Origin: Glaucostegus cemiculus
Taxonomy: Eukaryota
DNA length: 64,000 nt
Direction of reading: 5' to 3'
NCBI GenBank assembly: GCA_976551045.1
Contig: CDPCPM010000106.1
Span: 20,894,001 to 20,958,000 of the forward strand
The position numbers were made by a program, and so were the translations under genes. The first letter of the stretch is position 1. Every line of letters begins with the position of its first letter. Positions 38,540 through 51,666 of the stretch are shown piece by piece. The notes under the pieces were generated by a model. That model searched no databases and was not told the origin of the DNA. It saw nothing but the letters and a program-made list of their open reading frames with translations.

Positions 38540-40005
38540 CGTACTAATGGCTGCCTTGCAATATGAACAGAGTGTTTTACAGTTCATCTTCAGGACCTAT
38601 AGTGGAAGGATCCCACACAATAGATGCTGAAGGTTTTGGGTTCTGAAACTTGATAAAAATTGCAGCTAGCAAAAGTGGTCATAACCCTACTGTTCAACTA
38701 TTAGTTGCCTCTGTTCAGCATAGAGTAAGTGGGGCCCCGCGTATGAGATCGGGAGTAGCGGTAGTTTTAGGAGCTGTGCTGTGGAATGGGGTTGGTAAGC
38801 CATCGGAAGACTATGTGAGAACAATCCTGAGACATTGCAGAACTAACCTTCAGAGAAACAACAGTGGCACTATCATTGCAATTTAAGCCATTTAGCTGCA
38901 ACAAGTCTCTGATTAATGTGTTTGTCACTAAATAGCCTGGATTCATCAACTAGAATTTTCAATGCAGATTGAAGATACAGCTTTCAGTTTAGCATTGGGA
39001 GCAATTCAAAGATTGGATGGATAACAGCTTCTTGTTATAATACCTGAAAGTGGATAAAATGCTTGGGGTGAGGTGATCTTGGTGATATTCCTCAGAGCAA
39101 GCGTTACAAAAATTGAAGGTGACAATTGTAGTAGCAGAGGTGACAGGCAGCTTCGGTTAAGATGTGAATTAGCTTGCAAACAATTCAGATTCCTGAGAGG
39201 TATTTTTATGACCTTACCTCTTATTCCTAAGAGGTATTTTTCTGGCAAGTTAGAAACAGGCATTATGAGAGGGCTAGAAAGCAGTAGTTGTAATATCTAC
39301 ATAATAAGTCTCCACTGAATGGTTTATGTTCTGGGACTTCAGTGCAGTGCATCTCACTTATTATGGTCCTTTGAATTGGGCTTTCTATTTACATGTTTCA
39401 ATAGGGCCCCATTCATTTCTCAGCAAACAGCACTTTTTCTTGCCAGCTCTTGCCAATGACCACTTGTGTTACACAACCTTACTCCACATGAGTGTTCAAG
39501 TAGCATTTTCTGGTCACAGCGGTCCCCAGATAAGGATAGTTCCTTTAATAAAAATGATAAGGATGTCTGGTTTGCTCAAGTGCTGTCAAATAAAGAGGCA
39601 TTAAATATTAACAAGTAAAATAATAATTCTATTTTCTGCATTAATTCTACAGCCCAGTTCCTGCAGAGTCCACTCCCTGAAGTGTATGGATGAACACTTC
39701 CTCTAGCGTCACTCAGGAATGGATGAAGCAGCAGTAAAGTGGCAGGCAGACAATACAAACACCTCCACAGGCTGTGCCAAACCTGCACTTGCAAATAGAC
39801 TCACTTGTTACGGCCCAGCAATTTTTCTGCACCTCAAAAGACCTCAGGCTTTCAGTCAGCAGCGCATCCCAGCAAACAAATCCTGCACAGGAGCCAAGGC
39901 ATTGCACATGATATAATACGCCTTTCTCACATAAATATACTCTTGTTCCACAACAACTCAACTTGCATAGAAAAATAGATTGGCTGCAGATCGTGCAGGG
40001 TGAGA

Positions 40006-40963
40006 AAAACTCAGGCTTTTCTTGTTTGCTGGGTCAGTTTCCAACGGAACTGTCCTCCAACCAAAATACCATTTAGGGTGCTTTTTTTGAGACTTTGTTA
40101 TACTCTAATATTTCAAGTGAAGGCTAAGAAGGATTAAGCCTGGAATCAGGGATCAGGGAAGGGAATCCTGGATTTCAGGGGCTGGAGTGACTTTGGGGAT
40201 CAGGATGGGATCAGATGCACAGTTAGCTGGGTGTGGTGGTCAATATTCAGATACATGATCAGGCCACGTTCCTGTGGTGGGGGTTGACAGGCATGATACT
40301 TAAAGAGGGTCTGTCTGGAAGATGATCAATGCCTTTGTGGATGCCAGGCTATCTTTGCTCCCTTTTAATTCATGTCAAGGTGGGCCTCACCAAATTCTTC
40401 ATTTGACTAACTTCAGTATATGAGCCATTCATGGGTCTTGTAGTGCAGAAGAATTCTTTGTAATTGGCATTAAGAGGAGATCTGAGCCCTTTGATTTTAC
40501 TGCACATGTTTGATGGCCTCCATCTGTAGCTACATTATTCACATGTAGAGACCAAAACAAATTTCAGGAAGTGCATGATCTACACTTGAAGTACACATCT
40601 GCACTTCTCAATCAGGTTTAGATAAAATCTGTTTATGTAGTGCACCACACTGTACCACACTAAACATTTTCCAGCCCTATCTTATATCTTCTACACGTGC
40701 ACAGCTTAAGTTCTCTACATAATTTTGGCTACTGACATTGTGAAAGGTAATAAGATTAATTTTCATCACTTTGGGAATAATGATTCATAAGGTTTGTTTT
40801 GCTGAATAAAACCCCATACATAACTCCATTCCCAGCACAGTACCTGGACAGGAAAACTCAGGCTTTTCTTGTTTGCTGGGTCAGTTTCCAACCGAACTGT
40901 ACTCCAAACAAAATACCATTTAGGGTGTTCTTTTGAGATGTTGTTATACTGTGATATTTCAAG
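40006..40963. repeat. About 112-bp direct repeats (40006-40117 and 40853-40963) separated by 735 bp
   Basis: AAAACTCAGGCTTTTCTTGTTTGCTGGGTCAGTTTCCAAC...ATATTTCAAG present twice, about 10 differences by eye. Confidence 0.92.
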
Positions 40964-43900
40964 AGAGCTTAAACCCGTTTGTGGAGTCTACAGAGTATGT
41001 GTGTAACATAGTGGTGTCCGTGTTGACTAAATGCTTCATCATATCTTTTTAAACTGTGAGATTCAAGTGTGCGCTATAATCTGTCAAGTTAATCTATTCA
41101 ATGCGTAGCACAATATAATTAGTCTTTTTCTTGTCAGCAGGCCAAACTGAAAATTATTTATTCTGTACCTTGTATCTTCATGTTGCTTCTTTATTAACCT
41201 CTGTTCTTGTGTCTGCACACCGTTCCCGAGCTGAACTCTGGGGTCTCTAGCAATACCAATTGTGATCCAGCTGCAGGGGAATGCATTATAGCAGACCAAG
41301 ATGAACCTGAGACCAATTTCTCCGTCTTTCAATTATTGGGTCAGATTGAACTGACATCTGGCTGGTGATTCTGTGGAGAATTGGTGCTGAGCTGTCCTTA
41401 CATCAGGGAGGTGAAGAAGTAGTTTGCTTATTTTTCTTCATTTTACATTAATTTGATGGTATTAATTATACTAGGTGAAAGTGTTTTAAATTACGTATTT
41501 TTATAGTTTTAATCTGTTTTTAATAGATGAGTTAATACCAGTTGAAATGTTTAAATGCATCTTTAAGTAGCATAAGTTAATTAATACCATTAAAGTAAGG
41601 TAAAATGAAGAAAAATAAGCGAACTGCTTTCTGCACCTCCCTTTTTGTTTAAATGTATGGGATTGTGCTGCCTATCCCAGCCATGGCTGGACTAGATAGA
41701 ATGTGCATTCAGTCCCTTGGTTCAGCAGGCCAGTGGTTCATCTCTCGGCTTATTGGTGAGCCCAAAAGGAAAGCAGGAGGTCACATGCTCTATCAAAAGG
41801 CTTTTGACGGCAGCTGTCAAAAGGCCATCGGAATGTTCTGAGGCAAGGTGTCAGCATCTGCTGCCTGAGGTCAAGGTGTCATCCAGGGCCTGATGCACCT
41901 CGTTGGAGGACCCTTGGATATACAGGATTGGCTCAGTTGGTCCCCAGTTATGGGTCGGTTGGCACCACTGGTTCAGGTACCAGTCCAGATCAAGGAAGAA
42001 CCAACCCAAAATTTCTCCTGAAGTGTGGATCACACTTCAGGATTTAGCTTGTCAAAATTCTCCAATTATATGCACCCAAGAGTCATGGGATAATAATGAA
42101 GAACAGAAACCCTGACTGACTGCTTAATTTCCTTTTCAATCTGAATAAAATACAACAGAATATGATGTTAGACTTTCAATTTAAGTAGCTGCTCAATGAG
42201 ATGTTTGGGAAAGGTAAGGTTGGCTTAATCTCATCTGTCTTGGTTACTAGGTTTGTTGCGCTTGGAAAACGGACACAAAGCAGGAAGAAATATGCAAACA
42301 AAAAAGAGGAAAAAAAACCAATGGCATGAAATATAGAACTAAGCAAAGTGTGGGTGTTTTATGTTTCATAGCTGGAAATGATATTTTCTGTAAGTACAGT
42401 TGTAATGTTGGCAAATCTTCAAAGTTCTACGGCACTCAGTTTTATTATGTCAAAAAGGAGAGAGCATATGGCAATACGCTCAGAAGCTAAACACCAATGC
42501 CAAGTTCCATAAGCTTAAAAGGGATTCAAGAGACAGTCTGTGTAGTTTTGCACTTTCTGTGTAGAAGGAGCTCAGAATATAGTGGTGAGTGGTTTACCAA
42601 ATGTTCCACAGTTTGTTTTGCATGGTCACAATTGCACTCTGGCTTGGCTTCAACTTTCCATTTATGGAGGAGGTTTACGCATCAACCTGTTGATGTTCTG
42701 TCATGGGTGATAGAACGTCAGCATCTTTGAGCATGTTGAAGACGTGGCTGTGATGCTTGGGTTTTGAATTGGGCTTTTATATATGATATCTACATTGTTC
42801 CATTCTATGTATTTTCATTATTCTGGATAAGGATAGAGGCAGCACTTAATCCTTTGATTTAGTTCACAGATTTGGAAACAGGAGCGATATCTCACATAAA
42901 CATGAAAATCACCTTGTTCAGTTGGTTAAAAAATGTGACAAAAAACATTTGGACCTGTACTTTATTGCAGCCTGAATGCAAAAGTGAAGATCTTTTCTCT
43001 ATCCACGTCTTGTTCATAAGTAGACATTTCAGATTATTTTGACAGTATTAAAAAAAATACATAAAAACTCCTAGCTTTTCACCTGCAATGAATTATTTCA
43101 CCTTGAATAATGTGCTGCATGTCTGAGACTAGGTAAAAAAATCACATCATTATTAAACATGTAAACAATCTTGGATCTTAGAATGACAGCTTCCTAATGG
43201 AAGAACATAGTGATAAATAAAATGTTGAACTAAAACCCCCAAATGATGCAGATTCAAACCACACTGATGGAACAAAAGTCTATAGAACAGAGGCAGATTC
43301 CCTTGAGGTTTAAGTGGGAGTGTTGTATCAAATCAGTCAAGTGGAGATCCCTACCATTGATGTCTACTAGCAATGGTACATATCATGCTACATCAGAGTT
43401 TCATCCTTGCCAGCAATGAAATGCAACCAATTTAAGGAGTCACATCTCTCTGCAAGTTCCAGTACACAGAACTGGTGTACTGGAATGGTACTAGTATGTT
43501 GAAACCATGGACATTTCTGAAAATCGCAATTTCTGGGCAATCCACCTGATTTCCTGCTGGTCAGGTTCTCGATTATGTCCAAAGGACTTCAGCTGATGGA
43601 CAAGCAGTGAGTATTTGTGTGGTCACTGGAGATCCAATAGATCCACTTACACTGATTGAAAGTGCCTAATATGTGAAGAGTAAAATTGGTTTCCATGTGT
43701 CCAAAGTGGGAAGTAAAATCTAGTTAATGCTCATGAAGTTTGGATTGGAAGAAGAATTGGAAGGAAGCCTGGGGAAATTGTTCTATATCATGGATCACGG
43801 ATTTTTTGGTTTCTCCTACACTAGAAAGCTGCATTGACTTAACAACAATAATTCCTGTGCATTGTTGGAAGGTTGCTGGTGATCTAAGGTGATAGTAGCT

Positions 43901-44984
43901 GGGACAAGGCTCAATCCAATTCAATATGAAAATGAGACCATTGTAAAACATTTTAAGCACAAGCTCATTTTGAACAGATTCAGTCATAGAGTGATGCTGT
44001 GTAATTTTACACCAAATATTTTTTTAAACAAATCAAAAATGATAAAAAGTAAAATGTAAAGAAATAGAATGTGTAACTGAAGCTCTCTTGGATAGTTCAG
44101 TTCTAAGATAGACAGTGCAGGGACAACTGCTTTCAGTTGCTTGACAAGCTTTGGAATGTTTTGAAGATGTATAAAGTGCTATTCAAATGCAAGGTCTTTT
44201 CATATTTTCCTAAGAATTAAGATCTTTGATAAATTATGCATAACTGTCTCTGCTTTTTTATAGCATAATGTCCCTGAGCCATTTTCCTTCCATTTTTATC
44301 TGATTTTTGTCCTATTTTAGACAACAGTAGCAAGTCAATAATTATTACATACCTGCTGCATAGATGGTATAAAGGTAGATGAAGTGATATGTAGGCCAGA
44401 TTGGGTAGAGATGAGATATTCTTTTCCAGGGAGTTGATTAATGAAGCAATGGTATATAACGGGCAGCTGTTCCCTTGTGGTGACCTGCTCCTGCATGTTT
44501 GTTTACTGTTGCTTCTTCTGCACTTCTGGAACTCGTGGAACCTTCTCAATTACGTGGTTGTTGCAGTGAGAGTTGAAACACTTTGTAAACCTGGTGTCCT
44601 GCTGTTAGTCTCCAATATGCTGCTGTAATGTTACTCCAGCATCTTCAGAAGCCAAAGCTCCCTGGTTATTGTTCAACCTGCTATTTGTGTGACCAACAAA
44701 CAAAATAAAGCTACTTTTTAATCAAACTTATTTTATTTATCATCTTCCCTGAAATTGGTAATGTACGCCAGATTTTACTTCCACTGAAGTTTTAGTTCTC
44801 CAATACCTTGTTTAAGCAGCTATTTGTTGTAAAGATTCTGACTGAAACAACCGAAATAGATCCTGTTCTTGCCAAATATCTACCTGATTCAATGAGTTAA
44901 AAGCAGGATTCAGAGCCCTGAATGATGTTTCTCCTCTTCCTTAAAGTTGTGGACTCCACAAGTACTGCACCTGATGAGATAACA

Positions 44985-45455
44985 TCATGGAATGTTACAG
45001 TGCGGGACAAGACCGATTGACTCATTGTGCTTGTGCCAGCTCTTTGAAAGAGCTAATTGGTCACCTTTTCCTGCTCTTTCCCCATTGCCCTGTATTTTTT
45101 CCTCTTTGAGTACATATCCAATTCCCTCCAGAGGGTTAATAATGAATATGCTTTGACCAGAATTTCAGCTTTGCATTCCTGATTAAAATAACTCACTGTG
45201 CAAACAAGGAAATTCTCCTTGTCTGTCCCTTGGTTTTTCTCTAATTGTTGTAAATCTGTGTCTTCCAGTTATCAACCATCTAGCTTGGAAATATTTTCCC
45301 TCTATCCCCTCCACTATAGGACTTCAGAATTGTTAGCAGCTCTAGTAAGTTTCCAGTTAACCTTTTCTGCTTTATGGAGAACAACCTTACCTGTCCTTGT
45401 CTCCCCACACAACTGAGGTGTCTCACTGGTGGGTATGTTGAGAAGTCTCCTCTGC
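44985..45455 (-). mobile_element. Old CR1-type LINE 3' end
   Basis: Similar to 12835-13105 (GCCAGCTCTTTGAAAGAGC, ATCCAATTCCC, TGCATTCC). Confidence 0.6.
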
Positions 45456-45821
45456 CACCCCCACAGGTTGAAATATGGGTCCTGCAGTAGTTGAGCAGTA
45501 AAGAAGTGAAGCTGATAAAATTCTTTGCAGTTCCATCCCTCCTATTAAACCAAGAGCATAGAAGTAAGATCTTAACAATCTTAAGTTGTTATTTATAACT
45601 GCTAAATAAGTGATTCTATAGTTAACATCTTACTGGTGAGATAATATTGATTTGTGGGAAGACAAGTGGAAGAATCTCATACAGTTACAGTAGAAGTACA
45701 TACTTCTAAAGCAAAGGTTGGTGTGCATTAATGGATAGACTAGAGGGAGCTCCTAACCTCCCTCTGATCTGTGGAATCTACCCTGTGAATGTCAGACACT
45801 GTCACTGACTCCAAAAGGGAA

Positions 45822-46012
45822 GTAAAAACAGAAAGTGCTGGAAAACCCAACAGTCAGGCAGCACTTATGGAAAGAGGGAGAATCTATACCTTAGGTGCTG
45901 GGACTATCTGATGAAGGGTTGCCTGTTTCCCTCTCCATAGATGCTGCCAGGCCTGGTGGGTGTTTCTAGCATTTTCTGTTTATATTTCACATTTCTGTCA
46001 TCTGCAGATTTC
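45822..46012. mobile_element. Penelope-type terminal repeat, inverted pair
   Basis: AAAAACAGAAAGTGCTGGAAAACCCAACAGTCAGGCAGCA ... CTGATGAAGGG (45908) ... ATGCTGCCAGGCCTGGTGGGTGTTTCTAGCATTTTCTGTTT. Confidence 0.65.
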
Positions 46013-49000
46013 TTTTTTGATCTCCCACTTGTCAGAGCTGTCAGGCAAAATTTTGATGATGTTTGAATAACATACAGGAGAGGTCTATTGTAAATGTAAA
46101 TAAGCAAAATTTCATTTGGGTAACCTCTATAGCCTGCTACACGGGAACACAGTGATAATGAGTCAGACAGAATTTCAGCAATAAGGTAACTGCATTAAGG
46201 TGCGGTATTTTGGGGAATTTAAAGCTGTGAATGTGTTTGGAATGACAAAGAGAGAGAAGCAGTGTAATAGCCAGAGTGGTTGGCACATGTTCATGCTTCT
46301 AGGTTTTGCTTAAAGCTGAGGATACATCATCATTCTTCCACTAGTGAATTAAAAATTGTTGTGTTGAGTCCGTGAAAAGAACAGAGATTAAATGGTAGAG
46401 GATCAATTGTAGTGTCGAAATAATTCACACCCTTAATTTGCCCCCCCTCCCCCATTGAGATATTGGTTTTACCATCTTTAGCTACTAAAACATATGAGAG
46501 CATTGTAGAAGATAAAGTTTATAGCATTTTCCTTGTCTTTGTAGTTTCTTTGCGAAATATACTGACACAGTCTATGTTTAAAATACATTTTAACCCACCT
46601 TCTACAATGCTTCTTGGCTGTATTTACAACAGAAGTGGTTCATTTGGAATATTCTGGTCAGACTGAAACTTGCAGACGGCATAACAAACAGTCTGTTCAG
46701 TTAAGATATTTTATTTAAGTTAAAGAATAATAGAAATCTCGAGATTACTCCTTACCAGAGGAGAAAAATTAGCAATAACTTTGCAGTAAGTAAAAAGAAA
46801 ATGTCAAGCCACTTCATTTTTTGTCTCTCATATTCCCTTTAACAACGTTCTTGTTCCACGTTGAAAGTGCAATACTAAGAAAACGTTGTGACAGTGCCTC
46901 AGTGGTTAACCCAGACTGAAAGTATTCAACAGTTGGCGGTAGTTGTGGTCGAAGGACACACCACAATACAAACAGTTGCTAACACCAATCCTGTAGAATT
47001 GTAAATAGGAAGAATAGTTTCCAGTGCCAGTCTTTGTTGTTTAGTCAATGGAGTTATTCTATTCTGAATTCAATGTGTTTTGAAATAAATACAAAAGCCT
47101 TCACTCGAACAAGCTAGGCTTTTAGAATTAGCTAGCAGAACCCGGTAACTAAGTACTCTAGAAACTGTACAGACCAAGGAGTAAGCAAAGAAAATCAAAA
47201 AGAAAAATTGTTACGTGACGGATGTTATTTGACGTATTGTGCGGTTATCTTCTGATGGTGGGATACAACCAGAAGAGAGTTACCACGCTGTACAGTTGCA
47301 ACATCCAGTAATGTCATAGGCCCTCAGAGTAATATTTGTGTGCTTTATAAAAATTATGTATGATCTCGGAGATGATTCTGAATGCTCTTAAACGGTCTGT
47401 ATTATCTGACAAAACGATTATTTAGAACGGACACCGAACAGGCATGATTATGAAGTACCCCCGTGCAGACAATTGGGATATTTTTTTGATTGATTTTTGG
47501 CACGTTTCTCTGCCACTGTCACTGAAGATGGTCACTCCTTGCTCAAGGACATTTCTGTGACCCAGACCCAAGAGGCAATTCTTTAACTGTGACTGTGGGC
47601 AGGTTGTTGCACACGGGGAGGTATCAGAAGCCGAACCTTATCCTTTCTCACACGTTTCCTCCCAGGAGCAATGCTGAATAATGGCAGTCCTGGCTCAGCT
47701 CCCTTTACCTCCCCTCTGGACGAAGTGGGTTGCAGCTCCCCGTTACCCTTTCGTCGCTATCAGCTGAGATCTCTCCACTCCTATAATTCTGTTTTTATTT
47801 TCAGCTTTCAATATACTCAGCTCTGGAATTCTCTCTCTTTTGAATGTATCTCCTCCTTAGTTAGTGGTCCTTACATCTCGGTGCCAAATATTGCCCAATA
47901 ATGCCCCAGCAATACGCTGTAGGGCATTTTACTAAGTATCATATAAATGTATCCAGCTGCCGATGCGTGGGGAGAGGGAGAAGTGGGGAATGGGTCCGTT
48001 CAGTTTGGCTACACAGCCCAAATACCACTCTCTCACTTTGTGGTGGTGTGGGAGCTGGGAATAGGGAGCTAAAACAAAGCTGGCAAAAACCAGGCTCTGG
48101 ACGGACAGAATTGGCCCCACATAATTCCTAACATTCAGCCTTCTGCTTTCTGGTTATCAATATTAGTGTTACCCCTTTCATTAGGTATGGAATTCAAAAT
48201 AAATTTGTCCAATTTAGTTTGTCATGCGTTTATTGTTTCACCAATAAAACAATCGGGTCGTGCCCACTGAAGTGGGAGGAGAAATAACTAGGCAACGTAA
48301 AAAAATAAACTGCATTAACGCAGAACCCACGCCGAACTGAGGCTCACAGCAGGGCGATACTCTTCAATGAGATACCACTGCCTTATCAGTATAAATAATA
48401 ATTAAACACACCGATTGTTTTTTCTCTCTCAAAGGGCGCCAGTCATTTTATGATAATTCAAGGCAATCGCCGGTAGAGGGCAGAAAGTATTGTTCTTATT
48501 AACATTCTGTGTTGTTTCCGTAAATATTTTAAAACAGTGCCGAGTCGCCCTGAATTCTAACACCATGTAACTCAGATGCAAACATTTTTTTCTGTTATTG
48601 TCCATGTCAGTCCACTAGCCGGTCAAGTAATTCTAAGTGTGATCCTCACTAACACTGAACGCTAATTATTTGCAATAAATTACAATTAAGCAAAGATGTT
48701 TTTGATAATGAATGCAATTTTCGCAAATATTCTGCTGCATTTTCCACTTGAAGCTCCTGTGCGTGGGAATCACTGCGAGAGAACATGTTGGAGCGTGGCA
48801 TTTCACTCCAAAAGCTGCAAGCATGAAACAAAGTTACAAGTAAAACAAAAGTTGGGAAAGCATCAAGTCAGCCTAGAAAATAAAAAGTGAGATACGTGAA
48901 CTGGGACAGTGTGTGAGATTGGGAATGATAACTGTGATTAGTCCTGTACCTGTTTGATAACCAGCGCAGATGCTATCGCTGCGGCTGCCTGACCTGATCA

Positions 49001-49683
49001 CATAACAGAATGGTGTGTACACGTGGGCTTCACTCCTCACCCTGAAACACAGGCGGGAGTTTTGTGAGATGTAAATGGATCCAAAAAACAGTTGTATATG
49101 GGTACTAAAAAAAAGTTACCTAGCAGTCCCTCAATTCTCCAGAATTACATGGATTGGGTAGATTTGTGTGCTGTTTTCACGCTGCCGTTCGATTACCTGC
49201 TCTATGCAAGTGCAAAACGGATTCGACCTGGATGCAATTTGTATTAGAACCAATTTGTCAAAGTAGGCGAGAAGAGTCCACAATTGGGACTGGAAGATGA
49301 TGTCCCAATAAGTATCCCTCATTCCCTGTCTGTATACACCCTGAATTCCTGAGCGCTCGTTCTGCAGGTGAAAATAGATTCTCTGGATACCAAACAAAGC
49401 AGCCAGTTCAAACCCTGGCTTTGCGAATCTGAAATGCTCCATACAATGTTATTAAATTGGAAACGTCAAAAAAGCGGGTTATACGGTTTAATCCTAATGT
49501 TAACCATAATGGGTAAAGTGATTCCCAGCCTGTACAACAAGGAGGGAGTTTAAGCCCTTGCTTAAATGGGTCTTTATACCACAACGCAGCATTTCCACAC
49601 CTGCGCTAATTACTGTTCTCAATTTCTGACACGATCCTTAAAGAAATCAGAGGGTGGTGTTCTGAAGTCATTTTAAACACTTG

Positions 49684-49735
49684 TAATTAAAAGCTTGTTG
49701 TTAAAATTAAAGCTTGTTGTTAAAATTAAAAGCTC
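49684..49735. repeat. About 20-bp tandem repeat, 2.5 copies
   Basis: ATTAAAAGCTTGTTGTTAAA / ATTAAAGCTTGTTGTTAAA / ATTAAAAGCT. Confidence 0.85.
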
Positions 49736-51619
49736 GTGTTCGCAATATTCTGATTGAGCTGAACGTCCAGTTTAAAATATTTGATTACGAACTATCTTCC
49801 TGCAAGAACCAGTGAGGTGACAAAATCATATTATACAAGGAAATAGTCAATCCGGGCAATCAACTGTTTCCTTGATAACCCGCAACCCAATCTCCTCCAT
49901 CCTTTCTACACTAGAAGTCCACAACCAATTATTAACATTAATTTTAACTGATCCTTGCCCAGTGGAACGGAATCCCAGGTTCGAACTCATGATCCAGATT
50001 TAAATATGGGTCAGCTTTCCACCGATTTGGAAACATGTCCAACCGTTCAAAGGCTGATACCGACCACTCGTCAGTAGAGGATTGGATAAATATGGAAATT
50101 TATCAACTTCCTAAAAGTTCGCTATAAAAAAAGGTTAAGTTGTTTAAGCCGCGAAGCTTTACACGTGTATTTTGCTGTGGGAATCTTTCCCTTCAGAAAC
50201 GCCTTCTAGATAACATAAGATAGTCATCGTTTTAATAAATTAATAACATTTCTATTGGATAGCTGGTCTTTGTCAAAGTAGTGCCGCTCTGCAGGTTAGC
50301 AAAGACACGGAGAAGGCCGGCCCATATAATAGTTAACATAATGGGGCGGATGATAATCTTGCAGACAACACTGCAATCAACCACTTGATTTTAATTTGAG
50401 TTTGCACTGTGAAACTGTAATTCATTTTGTAATTGTCCCTGAGATTTATTTCCATATCTTCAACATATTTTCAACATATTTTCATACTACATGAAATGCA
50501 ACTATTAGAACTTGCGTATATTAGCATTTGTTTGTACTCTTTTGAATAATCATCTATCATTATTTGATATTTAAGAATCGGAGATTATTTGATATTATTT
50601 CTCTTATGTCTCTGTGACCTTCAGTATTTCACTACATATTATGCTCATGCCTCTATCTTTTTCTAATTTCATGGTACACTTTAGATAAATTATTCATATA
50701 ATATATGCCGCTTTTACTATTTTATTATATATTAATGTAGCTTTTGCAGGTAGGTGCAATGTTTATCTCAGCAATTCCATGATTTATTCATAATAACTAG
50801 ACTGCAGCATTGCTAATTCCCTGTTGCTTTATTTATATATGAATATCATAATGTACTTACAGAAGGTGTTTCAGGTGATTCTTTATTTATTTGCTTAGAA
50901 CTGGATTACCAATCAAATCCATTCTCATCTGTGGAGATTTCCTCCAAAACAGCCCACCATAATCCCAATTTTACCTGCAATGGTTAATAATGCATATAGC
51001 CTTCCATAGCTGTGCATAGACTGCATTCTCAGTAAACTAAAACAAAAACCTCTGACCAAAATGATTAATTTTTGTCAGTCTGTGCAGCTTCTTTCAATAC
51101 ATTAACTTTTTGTGTGAATTGTTGTTCAAGAAATTCTGAATATCACTGTAATGTCATGCAGAATGTGGCAGGGTAAGACTTGTAATTAAGGATGAGTGGT
51201 ATATCCAGATTGATCCCAACTGAGCCTCTTCAGATTAATTGAAAGATATCTGAATTTATCCCTGTGCTCAGTTTAGATGCGCCCCTTTGAGTAAAACATT
51301 GACACACATACAAAATATCCCTTTGCACATCTGTGATGCCAGTTCTGCTGTTTCCTAATGTGTTTTCCTGCAGTCTGTGCCTAGGAGGGTATATCGCTCC
51401 TTGCATTGTGTGTGATGAGTGTTTCGTTAACATTTTTTCTCCACCATTTTGAATGGACTCACAATGACAACATTAAGGCAATATCTTTTATTTAAATTGC
51501 TTCCTTTGCCACTTTGTAGCAATTGTAAACTACTGTGGTGAACATAAATCTTATGTACATGTGTGCATGTACACAAGGAATAAGGTGGGGTTAGGGAGAT
51601 GGGGCAATGCAGTCCTATG

Positions 51620-51620
<1 letters not shown>

Positions 51621-51665
<45 letters not shown>
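51621..51665. repeat. (TG)22 microsatellite
   Basis: Perfect dinucleotide run. Confidence 0.98.

Positions 51666-51666
<1 letters not shown>

Noticed and set aside
38385-38940. CRISPR-like or ribozyme reading of the GATGAAAC repeats
   Set aside because: Eukaryotic context, no repeat-spacer periodicity, and no CUGANGA box or stems positioned for a hammerhead.
41380-41990. AT-rich block plus hairpin CTTTTGAC..GTCAAAAG (similar texture at 7460-7990, 17840-18330, 32380-32880)
   Set aside because: Probably old dispersed repeats, but I could not define ends or family well enough to call them.
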